Shown here piece after piece: positions 61,187-64,000 of a DNA stretch of 64,000 nucleotides. Numbering within the stretch: position 1 is the first letter of the stretch; each line of letters opens with the position of its first letter. The DNA comes from Acidobacteriota bacterium (GTDB taxonomy: Bacteria; Acidobacteriota; UBA6911; RPQK01; JAJDTT01), in assembly GCA_965217775.1 (NCBI GenBank), contig CBDCJH010000002.1, positions 3,392,001-3,456,000 on the forward strand. Direction: 5' to 3'. The notes beneath the pieces were generated by a model. The model did no database searches. It was given only the letters and a program-made list of their open reading frames with translations, and was not told where the DNA came from. Made by a program: the position numbers and the translations under genes.

Positions 61187-62248
61187 TCAATTCTCGGACT
61201 CAGGATCGGACTCGGACTCGCTCGGGCGCTTCCTCTTCAGAGAGGGCCGCTTCAACGTCGGACGATCGCCCTTCAAGGTGGGCTCTTCCCGATCGTCCCG
61301 GTCGTTGGTCCGACGCTTCAACGTGGGTCGGGAAGCGCCGCTCTTGGTTCCGCCCTGCCCAGGACGGATCTCCGCACGATCCATCTGAATCAAGCGCGCC
61401 TTCACCCGGTCGAACTCGGACGTGCTGACCACGTACTCGTCCTTGGGGGGCAGATAGGAGATCTCCTCGTTCACCTTGGTGATCCGGTTCTCGAAGGAGG
61501 GGTGAGTCCGGAAGAAGCTGGCGAACTTGCCGGGACGGCTCTTGTTCTTGGCCTGCATCTTCTCGAAAAAGGAGATGAATCCCTGGGGATCGTATCCCGT
61601 GTTCCAGAGATACTGGGTGCCCAGCTGATCGGCTTCGGCCTCCGATTTTCGGGTAATGCCCAGAACCGCCAGGTTCATCCCCAGCCCCAGCCCCTGATAG
61701 AGCGCATACTGAGTCCAGCCCCCGGTGAGGATCAGGGCCGGCAGGGCCGCAAACTGCATGAGGTTGCCCTTGGTCATCCTCTCGGTGGCATGCCGAGCCG
61801 TCACGTGGGCGATCTCGTGGGCCATGACTCCGGCCAGCTCGGCCTCGTCCTCCGCCTCCAGGATCAGCCCCTTGTTCACGAAGAAGTAACCGCCGGGAAG
61901 GGCGAAGGCGTTTACCTCCTCGGAATCGAGCACGCGGATCACGAAGGGAACTTTCGCGTCCGAGTTCTTCACGATAAGTTGGCCCAGCCCGTCGACGTAC
62001 TCGTTCACGACGGGATCTTCCACCAACCGGGCGGTCTGCTCGATCTGCTGGGCGTACTGGGCGCCAATTTGGATCTCCTTCTCCAGCGATATGAAGTTGG
62101 GGAAGATCAGGGCCACCTTCCCGTTGATATCCCGGTTGCCGATATTATCCACATCCTCGTGTTTACGTCCGGAACGCGTCGGCACGTTCAGCAGAAGCAC
62201 CAGGACGATCGTCAAGAAACTCATTGGGATTCTGGTTCTTTTGGTCAT
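61187..62248 (-). CDS. M48 family metalloprotease (BepA-like)
   Basis: NAFALPGG, ELAGVMAHEIAHV, EAEAD, THP. Confidence 0.92.
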   Translation of the reverse strand: MTKRTRIPMSFLTIVLVLLLNVPTRSGRKHEDVDNIGNRDINGKVALIFPNFISLEKEIQIGAQYAQQIEQTARLVEDPVVNEYVDGLGQLIVKNSDAKVPFVIRVLDSEEVNAFALPGGYFFVNKGLILEAEDEAELAGVMAHEIAHVTARHATERMTKGNLMQFAALPALILTGGWTQYALYQGLGLGMNLAVLGITRKSEAEADQLGTQYLWNTGYDPQGFISFFEKMQAKNKSRPGKFASFFRTHPSFENRITKVNEEISYLPPKDEYVVSTSEFDRVKARLIQMDRAEIRPGQGGTKSGASRPTLKRRTNDRDDREEPTLKGDRPTLKRPSLKRKRPSESESDPESEN

Positions 62249-62383
62249 GTTAGCGCCCTCATGAGAGTTAGGTACTGACATTCAGTATATCCATAGCCAG
62301 GCAGATCTGCCAAGAACGCGCCGGAACCGTCACAACCTTTCCATGTGCGCCGCATCTCTGCTAACTTCCTTCACCATATTCCG

Positions 62384-64000
62384 ATGCTTCCACCAGCTTC
62401 CGGGTTCAATACCTCAGGGCCGCCCGTCTTCCTCGGCGGAGAGATCCGCTCCTGGGCCAAGATACTGACCGCGTCCCAGATGGGGACCGTGGATCGACTC
62501 ACCACCCGGGACTGCGGCCTCCCCAGCCTGCTGTTGATGGAAAATGCGGGGCTGAACCTGTACCAGGTTCTGAAATCCCACTTCGGCGAACGGCTTGCCA
62601 ACCGCTCCACCGTGATTCTCTGCGGCAAGGGGAACAACGGCGGAGACGGTCTGGTCCTGGCGCGCCAATTGGCCCGCCGCGAATCTCCTTCTACGGTGAT
62701 CCTGCTCTGCCGCCCCGGGCAGATGCGGGGAGACGCCGCCGTCCAGCTGAAAGCCTACCGGAAATCCGGTGGAGAGGTGGTGTCCGTGACCTCACGGGAG
62801 GAGTGGGCGGAACTTGCGCCCATCCTCGGCAACTGCACGATCCTGGTGGACGCCCTCCTGGGAACCGGGCTCGGCCGTCCCGTAACCGGACTGCTGGCGC
62901 AAGTGGTTCGGGACGTCAACGGCAGCGGCGCCTTCGTGCTGGCCGTGGACATCCCCACGGGGACGCCCTCCGACGGCATCCGGTCCATCGGACCATCGGT
63001 CCGGGCTCACGCCACCGTCACCTTCACGGCCCCCAAGATCGCCCACATTCTTCACCGGGAGCCGGAGGCGTTCGGGCAGATCTACGTCACTCCTATCGGG
63101 ACCCCGCCCCAGGTGCTGGATACACCGGACCACTTCCTGAACCTGATGATGCCGGACCGGATTCGGGCGGTCCTGCCGGCCCGGAAGACCTTCTCTCACA
63201 AGGGCACATTCGGGCATGTGGCGGTCATTGCGGGAAGCCGGGGCAAGACCGGGGCCGGCGCCTTGGCCTCCCGGGCCGCGTTGAGATCCGGGTCCGGCCT
63301 GGTGACGGGTCTGGCCCCCGACGCCGTCCAACCCCTGATGGCCTCCTTCCTGCCTGAGATCATGACCGAAGGGGTCCCGTCCACGCCCGCTGGAACCTTG
63401 GCCACGTCCGGAATCGATCGCATTCTGGAACTATTGGAGGGCAAGGACGCCGCCGGCCTGGGACCGGGCCTGACCACGGAGCAGGAAACCGTCGACGTGG
63501 TCCGCCGGCTGACCCGCGAGGCCGAGGTTCCCCTGGTCCTGGATGCCGACGCCTTGAACGCCTATGCCGGCCAAGCCCGCGAGTTGGTCAACCTGAAGGG
63601 TCAACCCCTGGTCGTCACTCCCCACCCGGGTGAGTTTGCCCGCCTGACAGACCATTCCATTCCGCAAATTACCGAGAACGGGATCTCCATCGCCCGCGAA
63701 TTCGCCCGGGACCGGATCCTCTGGCTCGTGCTCAAGGGGTTCCGGACCCTGGTGGCGTCGCCCGACGGCCAAGTCTTTGCCTGTCCGCTGGGAAACCCTG
63801 GAATGGCGACCGCAGGAAGCGGCGACGTCCTCACCGGCGTGATCACCTCTTTCCTGGGCCAGTACCGGGCTCAGGCCCGCGTCTCTCCGTCGCAGACCAC
63901 CGACGCCGTCGTCTCCGCCGTCTACCTCCATTCCCTGGCCGGCGACCTGGCGGCCCAACGGCGGGGGATGGAGTCGCTGGCGGCCGGCGACATCATCGAT
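62384..64000 (+). CDS. nnr: Bifunctional NAD(P)H-hydrate epimerase/dehydratase (runs off the window end)
   Basis: Translated by hand: LMENAG, CGKGNNGGDG, DALLGTG, AVDIPTG, HKGTFG, LDADALN, TPHPGEF, ATAGSGDVLTG. Confidence 0.93.
   Translation, partial: MLPPASGFNTSGPPVFLGGEIRSWAKILTASQMGTVDRLTTRDCGLPSLLLMENAGLNLYQVLKSHFGERLANRSTVILCGKGNNGGDGLVLARQLARRESPSTVILLCRPGQMRGDAAVQLKAYRKSGGEVVSVTSREEWAELAPILGNCTILVDALLGTGLGRPVTGLLAQVVRDVNGSGAFVLAVDIPTGTPSDGIRSIGPSVRAHATVTFTAPKIAHILHREPEAFGQIYVTPIGTPPQVLDTPDHFLNLMMPDRIRAVLPARKTFSHKGTFGHVAVIAGSRGKTGAGALASRAALRSGSGLVTGLAPDAVQPLMASFLPEIMTEGVPSTPAGTLATSGIDRILELLEGKDAAGLGPGLTTEQETVDVVRRLTREAEVPLVLDADALNAYAGQARELVNLKGQPLVVTPHPGEFARLTDHSIPQITENGISIAREFARDRILWLVLKGFRTLVASPDGQVFACPLGNPGMATAGSGDVLTGVITSFLGQYRAQARVSPSQTTDAVVSAVYLHSLAGDLAAQRRGMESLAAGDIID

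Overview
GC-rich bacterial chromosome segment, most consistent with an Acidobacteriota genome (inferred from the Oar-type TonB receptor, the F1 operon lacking atpB/atpE, and bshB1/bshC). Housekeeping and catabolic genes flank a roughly 19.5-kb accessory island (about 7.7-27.3 kb). The flanks include a sialidase-like gene, tRNA-Gln, atpF'FHAGDC, mmsA, pepF, tRNA-Val, proC, bioB, yqgF-mltG, an ABC exporter pair, bshC/bshB1, comEA, phnA, pilD, tolC, an M48 peptidase and nnr. The island carries a complete type I-E CRISPR-Cas system (cas3-cas8e-cse2-cas7-cas5-cas6e-cas1-cas2, 40 repeats/39 spacers), a TonB-dependent receptor, gene remnants and an SF1 helicase-DUF559 nuclease fusion. The most unusual stretch is 18.9-19.8 kb. 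There the last perfect repeat runs directly into a stop-interrupted ORF resembling a phage MuF-type RNase toxin domain. This is followed by a structured element with an antisense extended -10 box, a 47-bp imperfect duplication, an SD-led mini-ORF, and a second mini-array whose repeats keep the hairpin but have altered handles. A MITE-like family is also visible in several intergenic regions. All product calls come from motif recognition by eye; no database searches were run.
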